Notes under the pieces: generated by a model | Databases searched by the model: none | What the model saw: only the letters and a program-made list of their open reading frames with translations | Told to the model about the DNA's origin: nothing | Made by a program: the position numbers and the translations under genes | Assembly: GCF_000143415.4 (NCBI RefSeq) | Contig: NW_003314314.1 | Location: 935,771 to 999,770 of the forward strand | Length of the DNA stretch: 64,000 nucleotides | Source: Selaginella moellendorffii | Taxonomy: Eukaryota; Plantae; Lycopodiophyta | Reading direction: 5' to 3' | Shown: positions 46,482-56,503 of the stretch, piece after piece | Numbering within the stretch: the first letter of the stretch is position 1 | Layout: every line of letters begins with the position of its first letter

Positions 46482-48000
46482 GTATGTATTAAATGTTTAT
46501 CTTTATATTAAAAAAATATTAAATATTAAATATTAATTCACTAATATACTACCTTATTTTTTAATTAATATTTTAAAAATGATTTTTAAAAATAAATTAC
46601 ATGATCGGGTTGAAATTAAACCTATAAAAAAAAAGAATATATTAATTCACTAATAAACTTAAGTTAACTACTATATTTTTTAATTAATATTTTAAAAATG
46701 ATTTTCAAAAATAAATTACATGATAGAATTGAAATTAAACTTATGAAAAAACAATATAAATGCATTTATTTGTTGTTTGCCCATACTTAATATTAACTTA
46801 TTCATATTAATCATCCATCAATTTCATTTTTTTCGTAACATCTTTTTAATCATTGCAAACTTATCAGGTTCTAAACACATTTTAATAGCCTTTCAGTTTT
46901 TAAAAGTAATAATGTTATTAGTGTTAAAAATGTAAAATAAAAAATTATATTTTTAGTTTATTTATATTTTATTTATTTTAATCAATATTTCTACTAATTT
47001 TTAAAATTTTTGAGAATTCAAGATCAATTGAATGTTTAATATTAAAAAAACAAATATACATTTCAAATTGTTGCAAAAAACAAACTTTCAATGATAAAAC
47101 ACTCCAATTTATTTTTATAGAGAATATAAAATGTATGTATCAAATGTTTATTATTATATTAAAAATTATAAGTATAATGAATATTAATTCACTACTAAAC
47201 TTATGTTAACTACTTTATTTTTAAACTAATATTATTGAATTTATTATTTCTTTTCAAGTAATGTTGAAATTAATTATTAATCAACTTGTTCATATCAATT
47301 AATATAATATTATTGATATTCAGTAATATCCATTTAATTTTTATAAACTTGTGAATTACTTGATTTCCAAACAGATTTTAATGATTTTTCATTTTGCAAA
47401 AGTAAACTAAAAGAAGCAAATATATCACACCTGCATTGGAGTGGCAGATGAGGTTAATAATGTCTTCAAGTAGTATTAGTTATTAGTGTACTCCATTGTT
47501 AACTAATTAAACAAATTAATTTTTTAACTTTTTAAAATTTATTTATTTAAAATTTAAAATTTTTGAGAATTTAAGATGAACTGAATGTTTAATATTAAGA
47601 AAAAAAACATAAACCTCAAATAGTCATAAACAACAAACTTTCAATATTAAAATATTTAAACTTAATTTTTATGGAGGATATAAAATGTATATATCAAATG
47701 TTTATTTTTATTTTTAAAAATATTAGATAGTTAATATTAATTCACTATTAAAGTTATGTTAATAAATTATTTTTTAATTAATATTTTAAAATCAAATTTT
47801 ATCTTTCTTTTTAAAAAATTATGTGGCAGAGATGAGGTTAAATCTACCCTTGTTCATGTTAATTATTCATCAAATTTGTTTATAATAATTAATATAACAT
47901 AATTTACATTCAATAACATCCCTTTAATCTCATAACTTTTCATCTTGTAAAAGTGAACTAGAGCAATCAGTATTTTTACCTAACAAAGATATTGCACTTA
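46482..48000. repeat. Very AT-rich degenerate tandem repeat (~550-640-bp unit), continuing at ~32700-33008 on the other side of the retrotransposon
   Basis: ATATAARATGTATRTATYAAATGTTTAT recurs across the 33008/46486 junction and at ~47124 and ~47678; GTGTTAAAAATGYAA recurs at 32803 and 46921. Confidence 0.7.
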
Positions 48001-48220
48001 ATAGTAGCCAATGCTAATAAAATTTTTAAAGCAACATTATCTAGCAATGTACTCCACTACTCCAAACTAACCATCTCCAACACTCTAACAGCCCTACCAA
48101 CTAAAAAGTGATCAGGGAGCTGTTCACGCCGTCTTGGGGTCTCTGTTCTTGTCGACAACCTTAAAGGTCTTTTATAGCTAAACACCCTTTTTGCAAACTA
48201 AGTTCTTTGCTTTTCTTAAA

Positions 48221-49186
48221 TCAGGTTTGTTCTTCGTTTTGCACAAACACCTGTAAAGAGTAACTCAGTTCCCACGAAGCAAACTACGAAAAGAAATTCT
48301 TACCCCTGCTAAAACCTTGAGATCTAGTCGAGTTGCCTGGTCCTCTTCATTCTTGCCAACTGATTTTGTTTGAGAAAACCTTCGCAGCGTTTTCCGGCTC
48401 GTCTCATCTTGTGGATCGCCGGCCTTACGTTTCTTCTTTTCTTGAATAGCTTTGATGGTTTTGGATTGATCAACCCGAGCAAGGTAGAAATCTCGCTCGC
48501 GCTTGGCCGCAGAGATCTCGGCCGCAAGCTTTTGATCGTGAACGGCTTTCCTGTAAGCTATTTAGCAAGATATTAGTGTCTAGAATACAAAAGAAAACAA
48601 AAAATTGCTGAGATCGCTTACCAATTTCTTCTGTTAGATGGTTCCACTTGAACTTTCTCAAGTATTTGATGTTCCAGAGATCGTAGTAATAAGCTGATCG
48701 TCTCTTCCCACCTGAAAAGAAAACGAAAAAACCATCACGAATTCCTTGCGAACTTCAGAGAACTGACCCATCGGTTCTCCATTTAGTAGTTTTGCTACAT
48801 GCTTTGCATCGCTCTTCTTTGAGAATTCCACCCACCTGGAAGCTAGACAAGTTCTTCCCCAATCTCTTTAGCACCACTTAACTTACCCTTCAGTGAAATT
48901 CTTGCCGGTGTTCCCTCCAGCTCGCTTCCTGCGCTTCCTCGCGGCCGGATCTAACATCGGAATATGGCTCACGATTGGCGAATTGTGGATCGAGATTTGC
49001 TACCATACCTTCCGGGACGAGATACACTCGCAAAACATCGCCATACTGCGAGAGAAGATGGCGCAGCTTGAGCGGCTTCAAATGCGGTGGAATCCGGCTG
49101 AGATAGCACACACCTTTCTTCTCCTCCTTCTCCTCCACCGCTACATTCTTCTTTCTTTTCGTCGCCTTTGCTGCTTCTTCTTCCAT
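48221..49186 (-). CDS. ESF2: Pre-rRNA-processing protein ESF2 / ABT1 (RRM), multi-exon
   Basis: [37 protein letters not shown]; EGWVEF; [23 protein letters not shown]. Confidence 0.9.
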
Positions 49187-49305
49187 CGAAGAACCCTAAA
49201 CCTCTTTTAGGTTTAAACAGAGCAGACCCGAGGTTCGATTCCTCGCCGCGACAGGATTGTCCATTACAACGGTCACATTTTGGGGTGGAGTTTTAGGGCT
49301 TTGTG

Positions 49306-51373
49306 ATGGGGAGAAGTGCTCTAAGCCATGGCGATTTTCACAAGCTTCCGCGGCGCAAGCTCCAGCAGCTGTGCAAGAAGCACGGAATCCCAGCGAACAA
49401 GACGAACAGATTCATGGCGGATGCGCTGTCGAAGATTTCCATGGTATGAATCCATCCAGGGCATTTGAAAAGTCGCTCACGGCTTTGTGCATTCCAGGAG
49501 GAGATTGATGAAGAAATTGAGGTAGAACAAGAGGTGCGCGGTGGCTCGGAGACACAATCGGAGGCTACAGAGGTGGACAAGCAAGTCGAAGGCAGTGAGG
49601 AGCGTGTGACAAACTCGCTTCTAAGTGATTCTGGGAAGATTGCTGTGAGTAATGGAGTTAAGAGCCCTATAGAAATGGGAAATCAAGCAGCTTTGGAGAT
49701 GGATCCACAGAATATGGTACATTTTCTATAGCAATGCTCCTTTCTTACTAGTAGCTTTGTTTAACAGCGGCCAAGTCCACAAGCGCTCGACCATAGGTAA
49801 AACACTTCCTTACTGTGGGAAATTTTCTTTTCTTTTTTTTTTATTGTTCCAATTCTGCAGGAACAGCGAGAATGTGGTGAGTTTTGTGCTCTCGGTGTTC
49901 TTCTAACTTATTTGTGCGTCTAGGAGGATCTTTCACGCGGTTCTGGGGACGGGTATATAGTTTTATCTAGTTTTATTGTTCTGCCAATGCTTATTTCTTG
50001 ATTGTTTTCAGGATAATCGAGGATAAGGTAACCTTTGTAAGCACCTCACTCCCGTTGTGTATGGAAGATCTACATCTGTGCAGGAAGAGTTTTCTCAACG
50101 TCCAACTCCACAAGGTCACAACGTCGAGTATGCGTTTACTTTTCCTTCATATCGTTGTTCACGCTCTCGAAATGCTTGCAGGTTATACATGGTAAGAGTT
50201 GTATGAATGATAACCTGGATGTTCTTCTGATTTCCGCGTGTCTCTAGGACGATGTTCCAGAAGTCCTTCAAGACGGGTATGGTAGTCAGTAATTTCTGTC
50301 AGTGTCAGGCACTCACATTCTTGTATTATTGTGTAGGCAAAGCGAGAATATGGTGAGGTTCACGGTAGAGTAACGAGCCTCTAACATCTATACTTGTACA
50401 GGATTGCTGTGAGCTCTCAAGTCCAGAAGTTATTGTGGACAGGTATATTAGTCCGTGTTCAGTGCCTCGCATTTTAACATGCTCTTTTAGCAGCCCGCAG
50501 GATGACCCAGAAGTAGCAGACTCGACCGCTCGAGTAGAAACCGAAAACGCGGCGTCCAACAACACATCCATAAAAGCAAGACACTGGAAGGAGATGGTTG
50601 AACGAGCAACGAGGAAAGCTAGGCACAAAGATCACTATAAAGAAGTACCTTTTATGAAGAGGATGCTAGCAAACAGGAGTCTAGTGAGAGCGAGGCTCAA
50701 GAGAACCGAGGTTCTGACGCAGCGGAGGATAAAAAGCGTCGACATGGTGCAGAACGACGAAGTGTTACGGCCAAGATCAAGCAGTGAGGTGAACACAAGA
50801 GGAGAGCTACGTAAGGAGCAGCCAGTGTTTGGAAGGAAGAGGTTTATGGAGAAGGCGATGGCAGAGTCCGCGAAGAAAATGACCGAGAAGAGAGGTGCGG
50901 CAGCTTCGCCGTTGAGGAACATATCGAACCAGCTCAGTGTCCGCGATCAAGCCAGTGCTCCAGTGGATAGTCCAGCAAATCGAGACGCTCCACGAAGAAC
51001 ACCCGTCAGCCTCTGTGGAGGAAAGGTCGCCAGTGTTCACAGAAGACACCAGGCACAATTCAAGACTCCTCTCTTGGGAAAGTCTCATCAGAAGACGTTG
51101 TCGGCTGTTTCCAAGATGGCAGCGCTGCAGCGAAACGAGATCTTGAGCTCCAGACGACGCATGTTTGACAAGGAGGTGGTAAGTGATCTATCTTATCGTT
51201 TTGATTACCTTCGTTTTCTCGACATCGTGCTCTTGTTTGCAGGAAAGCTAGGCTCCTCAAAAAAATCAGTGCCTGCAACTACTCTAAAGGTTTTTCTATT
51301 GCTAGGCCCAAGGCTTTGCGAAATTGTCGTCGTTTCACTGCCTAATGCGTGGTTTCCAGGCAAAAGAAACTGA
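49306..51373 (+). CDS. Uncharacterised protein with N-terminal SAP/HeH-like motif, micro-exon-rich middle and basic C-terminus
   Basis: MGRSALSHGDFHKLPRRKLQQLCKKHGIPANKTNRFMADAL; run of 10-45-nt AG/GT-bounded exons at 49768-50442; large exon ~50491-51177. Confidence 0.65.
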
Positions 51374-52133
51374 CCAAGCCGGGATACAAGTTGTGTGCCA
51401 TCTCCCAAAACATCTCTCCACAAGAATCCACAGCAGCATCGTCCGAGCCGACGAGGTCAGAGAAGAGACGAGCATACACGGCCTTGATGAGATCAGCGAC
51501 GATCTTCATGGAATGGATGGCCAGCTCCTCCGCTTTGTCGGGGCACTTATCGGGATTGCACGACTTGACTGGAAATGCCGGCAAGACGAACTCGAGTGGA
51601 ATATTCCTTGCGACGTGGTACCTCGTCCTGTCTGCGAACCTCTGTTTGCCTCCGCTGGTGAACCACTGGCCGTGCTTTGGGAAGTGGATGTCATTCTGCT
51701 CAGCGATGTCCACAACTTGGGAGGTGATCGCTCGATGTCGCCACCTTTTGAGGTATGTGCGAGCTGAAGGGCTCCAGAAACTCCCTGGTCATGGCACTGT
51801 TTTCCAGCAGGAGAGAACTCATGCTCTTGCTAGCCTCCTGGAGACTGGGATCCTGGATGAAAACCACGCCCTCAAATTCTAAAAGTATCTCTCGTAGAGT
51901 GTGGCTTCCCACGAAGAGCATGAATCAGCTCCATGCATGAATATGGTGTGTCTCTGATCGTGCGGCTTTCTTGGCCGCCTCTAAATCTTCTGCTGTGCTC
52001 GTAACCATGGAAGAAAACATGAATTCCTCACTACTGCTCTTCTGAGTGGGGGACATATCCGCGAGATGAATGCAACCTCGCCATTCTCCCTGTGGATAAA
52101 CAAGAACGCAATCTTGTCTTTTGGAAAGGCCAT
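51342..52133 (-). pseudogene. Dit1/PvcA-family isocyanide (isonitrile) synthase homologue; intronless, frameshifted and C-terminally truncated
   Basis: GQWFTSGGKQRFADRTRYHVARNIPLEFVLPAFPVKSCNPDK-CPDKAEELAI...AVYA-RLFSDLVGSDDAAV matches the family pattern LPAFP-x-KS-x-N-x-x-K...PD-x-x-EELA...FSD-x-x-G-x-DD; ATG 52133 MAFPKDKIAFLFIHRENG; internal stops and frameshifts. Confidence 0.8.
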
Positions 52134-52775
52134 GGAGGCCTGTGGAGAGGCAAGGAACGTTAGATGCAGAAGCTGCTAAATCGTGTAGTAGAAACCTTTG
52201 AGCTGGGAGTTTCTACACTGAATAACGTGTTCATCTCCTTTGGAAGAACAGTGACGTACCTCTCATTGTCCTGTGAAGCTTCGCATGTTTTTAGAAGAAA
52301 AATTTAAACAAAGATCATGACAGACGCCTAGAATCTTCTTTAGCAAGTTTTTATTCAATTTTAAATAAATTGCTACATGTTGCATGTAATAATGCTTAGT
52401 TTAGTCAATGGATCAAATAAAGTTTATAATTACAAACATGTTTGTAATTTATAAACACAAGATTAATCTTATTGCATATCAACCATTAGATGAAATACTA
52501 GAAAAGGTTTAAGAAAGTAAAACATGTTTATAAATAAAAAATACAAGATTAATCTAAATAAATAACAACCGTTAGATGGTAGAATCTTAAAATATTTAAA
52601 TATATTTTAAGTATATTCACTACCACCTTTTACAAGTTTGATTAAATCTACTGGAGAATAGTCAACGGTCTAACATGCTAACATTTAACTGGTTGACGAG
52701 ATCCTTGACCCAAGTAAACCATGCTCTAACAATAGGTATAATTTGAATATAGATTACCTCGTAGAAATTGTTACA

Positions 52776-54548
52776 CTAAGCAAATGGGATGCAGCTGCTA
52801 CTCACACGATCAAACTGAATGGCATCGCTGCCCGCCTCGATTGTCCTCGAGTAGCACCCATCACTGCTCTGGAAACTATACGTCTGATTGAGCGCTCCAC
52901 CTCCACTCACGACCTTGTTCCCTGCGATCACGATCTTCCCAGCCGCGTCCTGCTTGTTGTCAAGCCGGCTCCAGTAAAACTCCCCGCCTCCACTGCCGTG
53001 ATGCACCTCAATCTCCTCCGCCACTCCATGGGAGATCCTCGTCTCCGAGACAATCGAGCCATCGGCGGGTGTAGTCTCGGAGTCGAACACGTGGAGCGGA
53101 TACGAGCTGGAAGTTTGCTGGAGCTCGATCTGCTCGTCGCCACTGGCCACCACGACCTTGGCATTGGTGTCGATACTCTGATCTACAGTTGTTATCTCGC
53201 CATTGTTCCCAGAGAAGTCCATCCGGTTGGAGAACGCGTAGCTGTACGAGGAGGTGGTGAAGAGCTTGCCGCGCGAGGAAGACTCGACGTAGCCCGAGTA
53301 CTGGAGAGACCGAGAGGCGGCCACCCGGAGAGAGCCGACCGGGCCTTTGTAGCGTGCGTCATAGCTGATACCGGCTGCTGGAGCGTTGTAGGAGACAAGC
53401 TGCCCGGACGTCTCAGAGCTACCGTGGTCGAGCCAGAGGTGTAAGTTGGCGTCCAGTAGCCAAAACCTGAAAGCATTGGTGACGCTGAAGCCGATCTCAT
53501 GGCTGCCACCGTCCACCAGCAGACCAACAAATGGAGTTATGTCGAGAGTGTAGCTTGGCAGGTCGAAAGCTCCGATTGCGGCTGCTGGAGCCCAAAGCAG
53601 TGGATTGATTCCACCCGTGAAGATCACTGGCAAGGGACAGATCTCTCCCGCGAGGAACCCGTCGACAGTGACCAGAACTTCTCTGTAGGGACCGTTCCTG
53701 GAAGCCGTGTTGATATTGTTGGCGTCCAAGTAGTCGTTCGTGGGATTCATGTACCAGAACTCGTCGTTGCCGTGGAAGGAGACGTAGACCTCGAGCTTGG
53801 CCTTGTAGATGTTCGTCGGGAGATTGCTCAACTCCACGCGGCCAGCGTCGGAGCTGTTTTGGATCTGGAACCAGTAGCCACCGTTTCCCGAGGTTGGCAG
53901 CGCGACTGGAAGAACAATATCGGCAGGAGCCTCGGCATCCACCAGAGAAGAAGACGAGTTGGACGACTTGTAGAAGTTGGCAGTGAGCGTCACGTTGAAA
54001 AACCCGGTGTAAGTCTCGTCGATCACATTGGCTAGCGCGACTTCCAAACTCTGTGGCTTGTCTAGCAAGGCACGATACTTGGTGACGTCTTTCTCTACCG
54101 TCCAGAAGATCCCTTTCCTGGTCGGCTCGGCGGTGGACGTCCGGAAGATCTCCACTCCACTCAGCCACACGGCCGAGATCCGATCGAACTGCCGGCCTTT
54201 GGACGTGACATTCCAGACGAGGATCACCTTGTCCCAATCTTCGCTACACTCGGGAGCTTGAGGAGGATTGTAAGGCACCACGACCGGCGGCGAGCTGATC
54301 GTGTTGCCGAAAGAATACTTCAGCAGCAGCTGCGACGCGCAGTGGCCTGACTTTGGAACTGAAAGTGGCTTGCTCACCTCGAAAAACCTTGAAAGGGAAT
54401 CCTGCTGCTGCTGTTGCTGCTCATCAACTGAGAACGCTGGTCGTCGAGGCTGCTCGAAATCCAGGTCCCCCAGCTGAAACCTGCTGCTTCTCCCAGGAAT
54501 CGCCTGAGCCACTGCCGCCAAAAGTAGCAGGAGCACCACCAGCGCCAT
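52776..54548 (-). CDS. Peptide-N4-(N-acetyl-beta-glucosaminyl)asparagine amidase A (PNGase A), copy 1, intronless
   Basis: Signal peptide; FFEVSKP; GRQFDR; RTSTAEP; HGNDEFWY; GPYREV; PVIFTGGINP; DITPF; LHLWLD. Confidence 0.93.
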   Translation of the reverse strand: MALVVLLLLLAAVAQAIPGRSSRFQLGDLDFEQPRRPAFSVDEQQQQQQDSLSRFFEVSKPLSVPKSGHCASQLLLKYSFGNTISSPPVVVPYNPPQAPECSEDWDKVILVWNVTSKGRQFDRISAVWLSGVEIFRTSTAEPTRKGIFWTVEKDVTKYRALLDKPQSLEVALANVIDETYTGFFNVTLTANFYKSSNSSSSLVDAEAPADIVLPVALPTSGNGGYWFQIQNSSDAGRVELSNLPTNIYKAKLEVYVSFHGNDEFWYMNPTNDYLDANNINTASRNGPYREVLVTVDGFLAGEICPLPVIFTGGINPLLWAPAAAIGAFDLPSYTLDITPFVGLLVDGGSHEIGFSVTNAFRFWLLDANLHLWLDHGSSETSGQLVSYNAPAAGISYDARYKGPVGSLRVAASRSLQYSGYVESSSRGKLFTTSSYSYAFSNRMDFSGNNGEITTVDQSIDTNAKVVVASGDEQIELQQTSSSYPLHVFDSETTPADGSIVSETRISHGVAEEIEVHHGSGGGEFYWSRLDNKQDAAGKIVIAGNKVVSGGGALNQTYSFQSSDGCYSRTIEAGSDAIQFDRVSSSCIPFA

Positions 54549-54609
54549 GCCGCAACTTTTAGGCCTTTTACGAGAAACTCCCGCCACCTTTGGTTTATAA
54601 ACTGCCTAT

Positions 54610-56367
54610 TTAAGCGCTGGCGATGCATCGAAAACCACTTTCATCGTACTGTGTTGTAGTGTTGCTCGTTCGGATGCTCCGGTGGTAACATCCCTCGCTG
54701 CTCTCGGACACATAAGTCTGGTTTAGCTTTCCCGTCCCACTGGTGACTATATTCGCTTGGATGACGATTTTCCCGGCAGTGTCTTGCTTGTTGTTGAGCC
54801 GGCTCCAAAAGGAGTCGTCGTCGTATTCTTCTTGAAGTCCATGCGAGATCCTGGCGTCTAAAACAACAGACTTGTTGGTTCCATCCTTCTGTGAGTTGTA
54901 GAGAAAGAAAGGGTACGAGCTCGACTTCTGCTGCAATCTAACCTGCTTGGAGCTGCTTTCCACCAGGAACTTCGTCTGTGCATCGATGAGCTGCTTTACT
55001 GTGGAAACGCTGCCATTTTCGGAGAAGACCATCTGGTTGGAGAACTTGTAGCTGTACGATGAAGTCGTTATGAGCTTCCCGTGAGAGGAAGACTCGACGT
55101 AGCCCGAGTACTGAAGTGACCGAGAGGCAGACAGCAGAAGAGTACCGTCGAGACCTTTGTAGTGTGAGTCGTAACTGATAACGGCTGGAGGAGAGCTGTA
55201 AGAGATGAGCTTTCCGGACGTTTGCGAGCTACCATGGTCCAGCCAGAGGTGTAAGTTGGCGTCCAATAACCAGTTCCTGACAGCGTTGGTGACGCTCAAG
55301 CTGATCTCGTGGCTGTTCCCATCCACCAGCTGGCCAACAAACGGAGTTACGTCGAGAATGTAGGTTGGTAGATTGAAAGCCCCGATTGCTGCTGCTGGTC
55401 TCCAAAACAGTGGATTGACGCCACCCGTGTAGATCACTGGAAAGGGACAAATCTCTCCAACAAGCTTCCCGTCCAGAGTAACCAGCACTTCCCTGTAGGG
55501 ACCGTTCCTGGAGCCCGAACTGCTTTCACCGTTGGCGTCCAAGTAATCGTTCGTTGGATTGGTGTACCAGAACTCGTCGTCACCATGGAAGGAAACGCAG
55601 ACCTCGAGCTCCGCCTTGTAGATGTTTCGAGGAAGACTGGTGAGGTTCACAGTTCCAACGTGGGAACTGTTTTGGAGCTGGAACCAGTAGCCACCATTCT
55701 CCGAAGTTGGCAAAGCGATTGGAAGAACGAGATCAGCGGGCATCGCCTTCGAAGAGCGCTTGGAGTTTCTCTGAGCGGGCTTGTAGAACTCGGCAGTGAG
55801 GGTGACGTTGAAGAAGCCCGTGTAAGTTTTGTCGATCACGTTCGCAAGAGAGACCGCCAAGACCTGTGGCTTCTCCAGCAACGAAGTATACTTCGTGATG
55901 TCCTTCTCGACGCTCCACACAATCCCTTGCTTGGTAGGCTCCGCCGTGCAAGTCCGGAAGATTTCCACTCCAGACAGCCATGCTGCGGAGATTCGGTCGA
56001 ACTGCCTGCCCCTGGATGCTACGCTCCACCTGAGGATCACTCTCTCCCAACCCCCACCGCAGTGGCTCGATCGGGGAGGATTATAAGGAGCAGTGACCGG
56101 GGGCGAGCTGATCGTGTTGCCGAAAGAATGCTTTAGCAGCAGCAGCGTCGCGCAGTGGCCGGATCTAGGGATGGACAGCGGCTTGCTCACCTCGAAGAAC
56201 GTCAGTGGAGCTGGATCTGGGGCTGGCGCTGGAGCTGGCGCTAGCGAGGAATGCCGGTGTTCGGAGTGCTCGAAATCCAGGCCGCCGAGACGAAATCTAC
56301 CTTTCCCTTGCGCCGTCGCCGCCAGGAAGAGCAGGAAGAGCACAAGCGCCATGGATTCCCTGGTCAT
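54610..56367 (-). CDS. PNGase A, copy 2 (tandem paralogue), intronless
   Basis: Same motifs (GRQFDR, RTCTAEP, HGDDEFWY, YTGGVNP); start at ATG 56367 or 56352. Confidence 0.93.
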   Translation of the reverse strand: MTRESMALVLFLLFLAATAQGKGRFRLGGLDFEHSEHRHSSLAPAPAPAPDPAPLTFFEVSKPLSIPRSGHCATLLLLKHSFGNTISSPPVTAPYNPPRSSHCGGGWERVILRWSVASRGRQFDRISAAWLSGVEIFRTCTAEPTKQGIVWSVEKDITKYTSLLEKPQVLAVSLANVIDKTYTGFFNVTLTAEFYKPAQRNSKRSSKAMPADLVLPIALPTSENGGYWFQLQNSSHVGTVNLTSLPRNIYKAELEVCVSFHGDDEFWYTNPTNDYLDANGESSSGSRNGPYREVLVTLDGKLVGEICPFPVIYTGGVNPLFWRPAAAIGAFNLPTYILDVTPFVGQLVDGNSHEISLSVTNAVRNWLLDANLHLWLDHGSSQTSGKLISYSSPPAVISYDSHYKGLDGTLLLSASRSLQYSGYVESSSHGKLITTSSYSYKFSNQMVFSENGSVSTVKQLIDAQTKFLVESSSKQVRLQQKSSSYPFFLYNSQKDGTNKSVVLDARISHGLQEEYDDDSFWSRLNNKQDTAGKIVIQANIVTSGTGKLNQTYVSESSEGCYHRSIRTSNTTTQYDESGFRCIASA

Positions 56368-56503
56368 GGAGTCCACCTAGGGTTTATCGACGGGAAATTT
56401 TAATAAACCCTTTGAGCATATACCAGAATATTCTTCACTCGTATGTAGTCCTTTACTGCATTCCCGCCATTAGGGCCTAGGGTTTATCACCTTGGCGGTG
56501 GCG
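56368..56503. promoter_or_regulatory. Compact (~136 bp) divergent promoter region shared by PNGase A and MSH2, with two telo-boxes
   Basis: CTAGGGTTTATC at ~56377 and ~56477 between the two head-to-head ATGs. Confidence 0.5.

Noticed and set aside
51060-51345. Continuation of Dit1 homology (FFEEPSF...MSRKRR) antisense to the neighbouring gene's last exons
   Set aside because: Similarity is too short to separate from chance by eye, and the expected R-x-S-I-H motif is not found.
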